A stretch of DNA of 64,000 nt from a virus (taxonomy: Duplodnaviria; Caudoviricetes): positions 6,316 to 70,315 of the IMG/VR virus record IMGVR_UViG_3300020036_002415; one strand, given 5' to 3'. Position 1 is the stretch's first letter. The number at the start of each line of letters is the position of its first letter. The translations under genes and the position numbers were made by a program. Below are positions 55,499-63,882 of the stretch, piece after piece. The notes beneath the pieces were generated by a model. It was not told where the DNA came from. It saw only the letters and a list, made by a program, of their open reading frames with translations, and did not search any database.

Positions 55499-56806
55499 AT
55501 GAAAAAGGCAAATTTAGAAGACATTCAGCAATATCTTGTTGATTGCAAAGGGTGTGGTAAAAAGCACTTACCGATTGGAGTACTGTTTAGGGGAGGAAGC
55601 TATTGCGCTAGTTGTAAAAAAGAAATGGAAACTTGTGCAATTAGCGGTGAGAATTATATGAAGAAGGAAATGAAGCACTTCAAGCTTCAAGACATCTACA
55701 TTAAATCACCAAACATTGACCTTATTGTTAAGTCATCTATATCTAAAAAGGAGATATATATTGGCACTGTAATTAAATCTAAGTTAACGCCAGATTTATT
55801 TGCTGGTAAACTAGCTAACGGTAAATATGCCTTAGTTGGTGAGTTGGTTGGCATTGGGTATATCTTAACATCTGCTAATGTTTGGGCTGACGGATCTACT
55901 TTATTTAGATACGGAACAGAGACTGTACCGAGAGAGAATACCTCAGATCATTTAGAAAGCGCCGGTAAATTAGTACTTGGTTATTCAACTAAGCCTGAGC
56001 CAATCTTTAGAAAGATGTATGAGAATGAACACATGGGAATAGGTGTTCCTTACTTAGGGTTAGAGCTTGAGGTTAATACGATGTCTAGAGATTCAGCTGA
56101 AAAGGTTTTGTCTAAAAAAGTCATCGACTTAATGGTAAAGACTGACCTTATAGAGAATTTCTATATGAAGCACGACGGATCTATTGGTAATGGAGTTGAG
56201 ATTGTATCTCATCCTACAACATTATCTTACTTTAAGAAATCAAAACTTAAAGAAATGATTGAAGGTATAAAAGAGATTGGTTTTCAAGATGATGATACGT
56301 GTGGATTACATATCCATGTAAGCAGAGATTCACTATCAAAAAAAGGCTGGTGGACACTAATGAGCTTCATTAGCAAAGTAAACAATAAGTTCGTTAAGCT
56401 GTCAAGAAGACAAAAAGATAAAATGAGCTACTGTAGCTTCGACGGACTTAGAGGTGGTGTAATGGATGCTTTATTAAGTGGTAAAGAAATATTTACACAT
56501 GACATCACTAAAAACGGAGAAAGAAGACTTGCTGTAAACTTCAACAACAAAAACACAGTAGAGTTCAGATTATTTAGATCTACGGTTGACCATGACACAC
56601 TAATAGCAACTATGGAGCTAGTAGAGGCTCTTGTGTTGTTTTGTAGAGAATATAGTTTCATGTATGTTCAAGATGAGCGATCATCTGAACTATGGAACGA
56701 GTTCACTAAATTCGCATCAAACAAAGGTTACAAGAAACTCATTAACTTAATGAAATCAATGGGTCTTGTTTATATTAACGAAAAAACCAAAAAAGTATGT
56801 GCATAA
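55499..56806 (+). CDS. Putative amidoligase (COOH-NH2 ligase fold) with N-terminal Cys motifs
   Basis: LGLELEV, KHDGSI, GVEIVSHP, TCGLHIHVS, NF...TVEFRLF. Confidence 0.85.
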   Translation: MKKANLEDIQQYLVDCKGCGKKHLPIGVLFRGGSYCASCKKEMETCAISGENYMKKEMKHFKLQDIYIKSPNIDLIVKSSISKKEIYIGTVIKSKLTPDLFAGKLANGKYALVGELVGIGYILTSANVWADGSTLFRYGTETVPRENTSDHLESAGKLVLGYSTKPEPIFRKMYENEHMGIGVPYLGLELEVNTMSRDSAEKVLSKKVIDLMVKTDLIENFYMKHDGSIGNGVEIVSHPTTLSYFKKSKLKEMIEGIKEIGFQDDDTCGLHIHVSRDSLSKKGWWTLMSFISKVNNKFVKLSRRQKDKMSYCSFDGLRGGVMDALLSGKEIFTHDITKNGERRLAVNFNNKNTVEFRLFRSTVDHDTLIATMELVEALVLFCREYSFMYVQDERSSELWNEFTKFASNKGYKKLINLMKSMGLVYINEKTKKVCA

Positions 56807-58071
56807 TAGCAGTAAAAAAAGAAGGCGTTAAAATGCCTAAAGAGAAGATCATCAGAAAGATGTTCAGCTCAAACTCAGATGGCGCTGGTCTTATGATTAA
56901 GAAAAAGCATGACACAAAAATTCGACTCGTGAAAGGGTTAATGACAATAGATGGATTTCTTAAAGCTATAGCCTCATTAGAAATAGAAGACGATGATATA
57001 GTTGTCATGCACTTCAGGATTGCAACTATAGGCGGAAAGCTTGATCGGTTAACGCATCCTTTTGTTGGTAATGCTGACAAAGATCTTTGTGAGTCAACTA
57101 ATTACTATGGAGATGAGTTGTGCTTCGCTCATAACGGAACACTATCATCATATTCACACGCTGCGAAAACAGTAGAAAGAAGCGATACTTCATTATTTGC
57201 CTCTATGATAATGTCAAGCCCGGCTATCAAAAATAATCTTAACGATAGAGTTATTAAAAGACTCTTGGAAGATTACATAGGGTCAGGTAATAAGCTAGCA
57301 GTAATTAATCCAAATGAACATAACGTTCATCTTTTCGGTAGTTGGAGCTCTGAAGGCAAAAAAGAATACCTGTGGAATAAAGCAGAAGACGGAATGATTT
57401 ACTCAAATTTTTCTTGGGAGGTGGATCATACACCCTTCTACTGGGGGTACTCAGATATGTACTCCCGAAATATTTCAGAGGTGGAAGAGGTGGTTCCCAA
57501 AGATGTCAGACGACGAAATAATAAGAGCAATAGCAAGGTTGGGAAGGTAGTCGATATAAATAACTTTGGAAGAACAAATGAGGAGTTATTCTCAGATGAT
57601 GATTCACTAAACGGAATAAACACAACCACTGTAATGCACATCATGGATGACATTAGAGCATTAAGCGAAGAAGAATATGAATCTTGGCTTGATTACATAG
57701 GAATGAGAAAACACGAATTCGAGAAAGAAGTTAGAGAAGGAGTGATTGGACTTACTTGGTATATAAAAATGCAAGAGGAGTGGATGGATGAGTTGTTTGA
57801 AGAAGAAAGACTTAATGAGGCTGATGAAAACGGAGATGTTGTTTACCGATCAGGAGTAATTGTAACAGACAAAGGCAGAGAACCTTTAAAGAACTCAAAA
57901 AAAAAAGTAAAAACTGAACCAGAAATGTGTGATTGGTGCTTAATCTCAGCAAGTGATGCGAAAGATATAGGTATAAAAATAAACGAACTAAGCGAGGCTT
58001 TATTTGCTGGTAGATGTTTATGCGATCATTGCGTTAAAGATCTAAAGTTTAGACAAGGTGCAGGTTATTAA
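56797..58071 (+). CDS. Class II (Ntn) glutamine amidotransferase with acidic and Zn-finger C-terminal extension
   Basis: N-terminal MC nucleophile; NSDGAG, HFRIAT.G, HPF, AHNG, SDT; terminal CDWC/CDHC. Confidence 0.88.
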   Translation: MCIIAVKKEGVKMPKEKIIRKMFSSNSDGAGLMIKKKHDTKIRLVKGLMTIDGFLKAIASLEIEDDDIVVMHFRIATIGGKLDRLTHPFVGNADKDLCESTNYYGDELCFAHNGTLSSYSHAAKTVERSDTSLFASMIMSSPAIKNNLNDRVIKRLLEDYIGSGNKLAVINPNEHNVHLFGSWSSEGKKEYLWNKAEDGMIYSNFSWEVDHTPFYWGYSDMYSRNISEVEEVVPKDVRRRNNKSNSKVGKVVDINNFGRTNEELFSDDDSLNGINTTTVMHIMDDIRALSEEEYESWLDYIGMRKHEFEKEVREGVIGLTWYIKMQEEWMDELFEEERLNEADENGDVVYRSGVIVTDKGREPLKNSKKKVKTEPEMCDWCLISASDAKDIGIKINELSEALFAGRCLCDHCVKDLKFRQGAGY

Positions 58072-58151
58072 TGCATAAGCTATGCCTACGTATTGCTTAG
58101 GTAATGCGTAGGCTATGCAAAGAAAATAAAAGAAAATAAAAGAAAATATAT
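58071..58151. repeat. Second iteron-like palindrome plus AAGAAAATAA tandem repeats
   Basis: GCCTACGTATTGC-TTA-GGTAATGCGTAGGC hairpin; inverted homology to 48176..48276. Confidence 0.65.
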
Positions 58152-58793
58152 ATGAACTACATACCATTAAGCGATGATTATAAATCGTCAGCGATATACC
58201 ACATGAGGCATGGTCGTAATAATATTCTATTTGTATGCTCGAATATAATTAACTCACTAACGTCTAAAGAGGATAACGATCTTAAGAAGTGGGCTACATC
58301 AAGCAGATATAATATTCAACACCTAATAAGATTCTTAAGATATACTGATAAATATCAAATCTATTTAATACCTAACGGGGTTGAATGTAAATTTGGTGTT
58401 GGATGCGACGAAATAGATACATCTATTAGCACCGACATGAGAAGAGACGTTAACGGAGCTGGGTACTTACTTATAAATAGAAAGCGCGTCACTATCAACG
58501 ACAGCGAATCTAAGGACAGAGATCCATTCATAAATCAACTGCCTTTAAAGTTTGAGTCGCATGACTTTACTGGAAAAGAGATATGGGCTAATAGATTATT
58601 CATGGCTATCACTAATGAAAAAAGTGGTAGATGGTTCCTTGATAATTATGACACATACAACACATACTGCGCTCTCTTCCCAGATGAACAAAGAGGATAC
58701 AGTGAAGGAAGTGTTGATTTATTTAGTGATTTATACTTTAGAATAGGAGATGAAATTAAAGAATTTAAAACATTAAACAAGCAATATTTATGA
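58152..58793 (+). CDS. Hypothetical protein in the amidoligase operon
   Basis: 213 aa; ATGA overlap with the ATP-grasp gene. Confidence 0.65.
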   Translation: MNYIPLSDDYKSSAIYHMRHGRNNILFVCSNIINSLTSKEDNDLKKWATSSRYNIQHLIRFLRYTDKYQIYLIPNGVECKFGVGCDEIDTSISTDMRRDVNGAGYLLINRKRVTINDSESKDRDPFINQLPLKFESHDFTGKEIWANRLFMAITNEKSGRWFLDNYDTYNTYCALFPDEQRGYSEGSVDLFSDLYFRIGDEIKEFKTLNKQYL

Positions 58794-59584
58794 AAAAGGT
58801 ATCAGTAATATCAAGGCATCCAAGTCACAAGAATTTTGAGTTGCCTCTATTTGATAAATCTGTTAGAATCAGATTCGGATCTACAACCACATTCACAAAA
58901 AGAAAGCAGATTGAGTTCCCGTCTATTGACAAGATAAAGCTAACATCAAACAAGCTTGAGATGAAAAGAATATTTCAAGAGTCTGGAGTAGCTAGTCCTG
59001 TGTGGGGATTTGTTAGTTATCGACAATTGAGATCGCTATCAACAGACAAGGTTATTCCAGATGAGTTGAGTCATTTGTTTGTAATAGCCGAAGGTAAGCC
59101 TGAGCCGGTATTTGAACTCATCTTCAAAGAAAAGAATCACTCAAGAGGAGAAGGTATAATGTTTATTAGTAATTTCGACGACATAGTTTCTGTATTCAAT
59201 AATGGAAAAGATGGATACGTTGAGCAAGTTGTTGGAAATCACAGAGAATTTAGAGTTCATGTTTGCGATGGCGATGCCTTCTATATTGATGAGAAACGAC
59301 CAAGAGAGCGCGGACATGTAGCTAGAATTAAAAACCTAGCCAACGGATATAAGTATCGCGAACCTAGAAAAGAATATCCAGCCACTATCAAAACTGAGGC
59401 AATTAAAGCTGTTGAGGCTATAGGTATTGACTTCGGTGCGGTAGATGTATCAATCTCTGAAGACGGAGTAGTAAATGTGTTTGAGGTTAACTCAGCTCCG
59501 GGCTTAAGGTCAAGAACTAGAAAGCTTTACAACAAAAAGTTAGTAGAATTGATTATCAAAAAAGGTGCAGAAATTGTTGAATAA
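58790..59584 (+). CDS. ATP-grasp ligase (RimK-like)
   Basis: NKLEM, YVEQ, EFRVHV, DFGAVD, EVNSAPG. Confidence 0.88.
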   Translation: MKKVSVISRHPSHKNFELPLFDKSVRIRFGSTTTFTKRKQIEFPSIDKIKLTSNKLEMKRIFQESGVASPVWGFVSYRQLRSLSTDKVIPDELSHLFVIAEGKPEPVFELIFKEKNHSRGEGIMFISNFDDIVSVFNNGKDGYVEQVVGNHREFRVHVCDGDAFYIDEKRPRERGHVARIKNLANGYKYREPRKEYPATIKTEAIKAVEAIGIDFGAVDVSISEDGVVNVFEVNSAPGLRSRTRKLYNKKLVELIIKKGAEIVE

Positions 59585-59596
59585 AAAAACATAGTT

Positions 59597-60031
59597 ATGA
59601 GCAAGACAATAGTAAAAAAAGTTATCGTTTTACCGGAAGAGGTTAAAAAGAAAATAGAAGGAGTTAAATTCGGGTGGGTAGCTCAAGAGCAATTAGAGCA
59701 GCTAGTGAAAGAATCTACTGACATGGAGGATATTACATGCCAACGAATTGATTACTACCTGAAAAAAACTACACATCAGTCGTTCTTAGTTGATGAACAC
59801 TACAGAATGATTGAAGTTAATTATCCGAAAAAAGGATTCCCTGTATTGGTCTTCAAGAAAAATGAAAGCGGAGAAGAAGTGTTACATGGGTTTGTGTTCA
59901 TTCCAAAAGACAAGATAGAAGAGATTGCCTATTTTAATGATGGCGGCTGCTCTATTGAGGACATGTATGAGTCTACTGTAGATGGTCAACAAGATCAAGT
60001 TTTATTTAATCTAATGGTTCAAACGCTTTAA
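59597..60031 (+). CDS. Hypothetical protein
   Basis: 144-aa ORF. Confidence 0.65.
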   Translation: MSKTIVKKVIVLPEEVKKKIEGVKFGWVAQEQLEQLVKESTDMEDITCQRIDYYLKKTTHQSFLVDEHYRMIEVNYPKKGFPVLVFKKNESGEEVLHGFVFIPKDKIEEIAYFNDGGCSIEDMYESTVDGQQDQVLFNLMVQTL

Positions 60032-60284
60032 ATTAAGATATGTCAACACAAGTGATTCCATCAGCAAAAGAATTTATTAAAAAAGAAGAATAAACATCGG
60101 GAGGGAGTGCTGAAAAAGCAGAGTCAGTGGGGTAATTCCTAACGGTAAAAAGTGATACTTCTCTCTCTCGGTGTTTATAATTTGGTCATGTTGGTGAAAT
60201 AGTAAGTCACTGTATGGTTCCGTAGCCGGTATAACAAATCTTACCTTACAAACAGAAATTCACCGCATGACCATTTTTTAGATT

Positions 60285-60343
60285 GCGCATAACGTGATGC
60301 AGCTATGCGCTCGTTTTAATGGCGCATAGGTGCTGTTATACGC
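60285..60343 (+). repeat. attC-like site 1
   Basis: GCGCATAAC...CTATGCGC-loop-GCGCATAG...GTTATACGC. Confidence 0.8.
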
Positions 60344-60402
60344 TGGCACGGTTTATTAAACGAAAAACTTAAATTGAAACACAAAACAAAATTTTTATTA
60401 AA

Positions 60403-61389
60403 ATGAGCGAAGGCAAAAAAGAAATATTATTAGGAGATTGTTTGGAACTTATGAAGGATATACCAAACGGAAGCATTGATATGATACTTTGTGATTTACC
60501 TTACGGAACAACTGCTTGTGTTTGGGACACAATTATACCTTTTGACAAACTTTGGGAACAATACAAGCGAATTATTAAAGATAAAGGTGTAATTGTTTTA
60601 TTTGGTTCAGAACCATTCTCATCTTTATTGCGGACATCTAATTTAGATTGGTATAAATATGATTGGATTTGGGAAAAAAATAATGCAGGAAATTTTCAAT
60701 TAGTAAATTACCAACCATTAAAAATACACGAAACAATATCAGTATTTTACAACGAAACACCTAATATGGAATTTGCTAATATTATGGTTGAAAATATGAA
60801 ACGACTTAACTTGAAACAGATTGATATTTCTAAATTAGAATTGTCAAGAACAGGTGGAATGACTGGTTGGGTTACTAATAAAATGAATGGTTCACAATTA
60901 CCAACAGAACAGCAATGGGGTAAGATTTGTAATTTATTTGGAATTGAAAATAAGTATGATGAAATACTTTCAACAGTTAAAAAGATTACATATAACCTTG
61001 AGCTTGATGAAACTGAATTGATATTGTCAAATAAAGGTAAATCAGGAACACTTGGTCATTTATCAAGTGAGAGTAAAAGAGAAACGTACATACAAGACAA
61101 AACAGGCTATCCCAAAAGTATATTGAGATATAATAGAGAAAATGGACTACACCCAACGCAAAAACCTATACCATTAATGGAATTTTTAATAAAGACATAC
61201 TCAAATGAGAATGAGATAGTATTAGATAACACAGCAGGAAGCGGAACAACCGCAATAGCTTGTTTGAATACGAAACGCCAATTTATAGTAATGGAAAAAG
61301 AACAAAAGTATTACGATATTATTTTAAAGAGGGTGGCAGATTTTAATAAAAATTTTGAAACGCAAACTCTCTTTGGAAATGAAATGTAG
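60403..61389 (+). CDS. Orphan beta-class DNA methyltransferase with internal XRE-HTH insertion (cassette)
   Basis: DMILCDLPYG catalytic motif before the VLDNTAGSGTT SAM motif; HPTQKP. Confidence 0.9.
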   Translation: MSEGKKEILLGDCLELMKDIPNGSIDMILCDLPYGTTACVWDTIIPFDKLWEQYKRIIKDKGVIVLFGSEPFSSLLRTSNLDWYKYDWIWEKNNAGNFQLVNYQPLKIHETISVFYNETPNMEFANIMVENMKRLNLKQIDISKLELSRTGGMTGWVTNKMNGSQLPTEQQWGKICNLFGIENKYDEILSTVKKITYNLELDETELILSNKGKSGTLGHLSSESKRETYIQDKTGYPKSILRYNRENGLHPTQKPIPLMEFLIKTYSNENEIVLDNTAGSGTTAIACLNTKRQFIVMEKEQKYYDIILKRVADFNKNFETQTLFGNEM

Positions 61390-61394
61390 TGCTT

Positions 61395-61495
61395 GCGTAT
61401 AACGGTTTGTGTATGGTTTGAAAGCCAACACACGACATTTGATTAAATGTACGAACATTAATTTGGCTTTTTAACTATACACTTTGTTATAAGCC
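61395..61495 (+). repeat. attC-like site 2
   Basis: GCGTATAAC, 20-bp imperfect inner stem, GTTATAAGCC. Confidence 0.8.
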
Positions 61496-61522
61496 GTTTT
61501 TACTAACTTAAATAAAAGAACA

Positions 61523-61822
61523 ATGGACACAGGAATAAGAGACTTTTGCGTTAAATACAACGAGAAGCTGAAAAATGATAAAGACATTAAAGAGAACCAA
61601 TTAGATTTTTTTAGAGATTTTAGAGACAGAATTAACTTTAATCTAAATATGTATGTTAGTTGCCCTAATACAATGTGGATGGGACAATACAACGGACAAA
61701 ACTTATTTAGATTGGATGAGGAAGATTTGGAATACTTATACAAGAAGTACTCTAAAAAAATTGAGGCTGAAATGGAGCAGAATATAGCAAAAATTAAAGA
61801 TAGCTACAAGGATGCTCTTTAA
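61523..61822 (+). CDS. Hypothetical cassette protein
   Basis: Single ORF between sites 2 and 3. Confidence 0.7.
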   Translation: MDTGIRDFCVKYNEKLKNDKDIKENQLDFFRDFRDRINFNLNMYVSCPNTMWMGQYNGQNLFRLDEEDLEYLYKKYSKKIEAEMEQNIAKIKDSYKDAL

Positions 61823-61824
61823 AT

Positions 61825-61884
61825 GGCTTATAACGGACGAGTATTTGCGCTCGTTTTAATGGCGCAAATACTGTGTTATAGCCA
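61825..61884 (+). repeat. attC-like site 3
   Basis: GGCTTATAAC, 11-bp stem AGTATTTGCGC/GCGCAAATACT, GTTATAGCCA. Confidence 0.85.
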
Positions 61885-61925
61885 GTAGTGGATTCAATCA
61901 CTATCAACTTAAATAAAAAACGAAA

Positions 61926-62264
61926 ATGAAAAAAACGAAAATTGTATGCTTTTGTGGTTCAACAAGATTTGCCCAATACTTTATGATTGAGCGATGGAAA
62001 TTAGAAAAGCAGGGAATAATTACTTTAGGAATAAATATATTGCCCGATGGATATTTTGCAGGTGAAAATCATCACGGAGCAGAGCAAGAAGGTGTCAAAG
62101 ACATTTTAGATGAACTGCATAAACGTAAAATTGATATTTCTGATGAAGTAGTGATTTTGAATGTTGGTGGATATATTGGGCAATCCACAAAAGCGGAATT
62201 GGAGTACGCTCTTGAAATTGGTAAACCAGTAAGTTATTTAGAACCGCTAACGATTGGCAGCTAA
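61926..62264 (+). CDS. Nucleoside 2-deoxyribosyltransferase-like/DUF4406-like protein (cassette)
   Basis: VCFCGSTRF...HKRKIDISD...GGYIGQST..ELEYA. Confidence 0.7.
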   Translation: MKKTKIVCFCGSTRFAQYFMIERWKLEKQGIITLGINILPDGYFAGENHHGAEQEGVKDILDELHKRKIDISDEVVILNVGGYIGQSTKAELEYALEIGKPVSYLEPLTIGS

Positions 62265-62313
62265 AATTAAGCGTAGCGACCTGAAAGGTTAATTTTTAGG
62301 TGATGTTAGCCAC
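62243..62313 (+). repeat. attC-like site 4
   Basis: ACCGCTAAC, CAGCTAAAATTAA/TTAATTTTTAGGTG, GTTAGCCAC. Confidence 0.75.
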
Positions 62314-62352
62314 AGTTTATTATTTGATTATTAACAACTTAATTTTATAAAA

Positions 62353-62715
62353 ATGAAAAATTTAAAAGTAGTATCAATTGATTCGGATTCGCTGGAATTT
62401 AACAACGGAGTGAAATTGTATTCAAACCACAAACAAGATTGTTGTGAAAGCCATTATTTGAGTTTATTAGATTTAACCTTGGAAGATTTTGAAGGTTTAG
62501 AATTTGACTTAACAAACGATGACTTCTTTGAAAGAATTGAAGATTATGGAATTGCATTAAAACCTTTAAATGGTTATCCTGTTAGAATACCTGGTTATGG
62601 TTCAAATAACGGTTACTATTCATCAAATTTAGATTTGATTATTACCGATATAGATGGAAGAACAACTTTAAAAGAGTACGATATTTCCGAATGCCAAGAT
62701 TGGGATGGTTATTAA
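62353..62715 (+). CDS. Conserved phage hypothetical protein (QDCCE/SNNGYYS family; cassette)
   Basis: HKQDCCES and GSNNGYYS motifs. Confidence 0.7.
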   Translation: MKNLKVVSIDSDSLEFNNGVKLYSNHKQDCCESHYLSLLDLTLEDFEGLEFDLTNDDFFERIEDYGIALKPLNGYPVRIPGYGSNNGYYSSNLDLIITDIDGRTTLKEYDISECQDWDGY

Positions 62716-62734
62716 AAACCGTAAACGGAACATT

Positions 62735-62869
62735 ACTTATAACGTTTGACGGTATGAGATGTGCCGTATTAGAAGCATAAACTATCAATTATAAATAAAC
62801 TTAATTATGAAACTGAAACTTGAATTTACCGAAAAAGAAAGGCATATCTTATACCGTGTGTTAGCGGTA
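62735..62869 (+). repeat. attC-like site 5 (long loop containing a start codon)
   Basis: ACTTATAAC, 16-bp CGGTATGAGATGTGCC/GGCATATCTTATACCG, GTTAGCGGTA. Confidence 0.8.
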
Positions 62870-63028
62870 GTGCTATCTATTACATTTATGGCAACTGGAG
62901 TGTATGCCATAAGTTATTTTGAAAAACTTGGCTTAATAACAGGGCAATGGCAAATAGTACCAGCACTAGGATTGCATATACTTCAATGGTGGTTAGTTAT
63001 GCGAGTGGTATTCAAGCATTACCGCTAA
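62807..63028 (+). CDS. Small membrane protein (cassette); stop codon lies in the R'' box of site 6
   Basis: Two hydrophobic segments; ATG inside the loop of site 5. Confidence 0.6.
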   Translation: MKLKLEFTEKERHILYRVLAVVLSITFMATGVYAISYFEKLGLITGQWQIVPALGLHILQWWLVMRVVFKHYR

Positions 63029-63146
63029 CGTATGGTGCTATACTTAGTGCCGATTTATGAAAACGAATGTTAATTATTAAAAACAAAAAGATGTTAAAAA
63101 ACGAAATAACCGAGAATGAGGCATTGAGTATAGCACGTGTTAGTGG
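63020..63146 (+). repeat. attC-like site 6 (long loop containing a start codon)
   Basis: TACCGCTAAC, 16-bp TGCTATACTTAGTGCC/GGCATTGAGTATAGCA, GTTAGTGG. Confidence 0.82.
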
Positions 63147-63882
63147 TAGTACTTTTGTGAACGCAGATTGCTTCGATGTTTTTCCTTTTATTAAGGATAA
63201 ATCAATTGATGCTATTATTTGTGATTTACCTTACGGAACTACACAAAACAAACAGGATATAATAATCCCATTTGATAAACTTTGGGAGCAATACGAAAGG
63301 GTAATAAAAGATAATGGTGCAATAGTACTATTTGGACAAGGATTATTTTTTGTAGATTTAATAAACTCAAATAGAAAGTTATTTAGATACGATTTAGTTT
63401 GGGATAAGCAATTAATTAGTGGCTTTCTAAATGCTAATCGTATGCCTTTGAGAGTTCACGAAAATATAGCAATATTCTATAAAAAACTTCCAATATATAA
63501 CCCACAGTACACTGAAGGTAAACCACTTCATTCAAAAGGTAAAACGTATATGAATAAGGAGCATAAAAACGAAAACTATGGTAAGTTTGAAATGACAGAC
63601 GACAGTAGGGCAGGGAGCACTCAAAAGCACCCTAAAAGTATTATATCTTTTCCAAAACCACATCCAAGTATAGCACAACATAGAACTGAAAAATCTATTG
63701 AAATGCTTGAATGGTTAGTAAAAACATACACAAACGAAGGCGATATGGTTTTAGATAATACAATGGGTTCAGGAACTACAAACTTGGCTTGTATCAAATT
63801 AAATCGTAAATCAATTGGAATAGAAAAGGAAAAACAATATTATGATGTCGCTGTTCGTAGGGCTTCGGAGTATTGCCACTAA
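63067..63882 (+). CDS. Orphan beta-class DNA methyltransferase (cassette); likely start 63091
   Basis: DAIICDLPYG, HRTEKS, VLDNTMGSGTT; stop TAA within CCACTAAC. Confidence 0.9.
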   Translation: MLIIKNKKMLKNEITENEALSIARVSGSTFVNADCFDVFPFIKDKSIDAIICDLPYGTTQNKQDIIIPFDKLWEQYERVIKDNGAIVLFGQGLFFVDLINSNRKLFRYDLVWDKQLISGFLNANRMPLRVHENIAIFYKKLPIYNPQYTEGKPLHSKGKTYMNKEHKNENYGKFEMTDDSRAGSTQKHPKSIISFPKPHPSIAQHRTEKSIEMLEWLVKTYTNEGDMVLDNTMGSGTTNLACIKLNRKSIGIEKEKQYYDVAVRRASEYCH

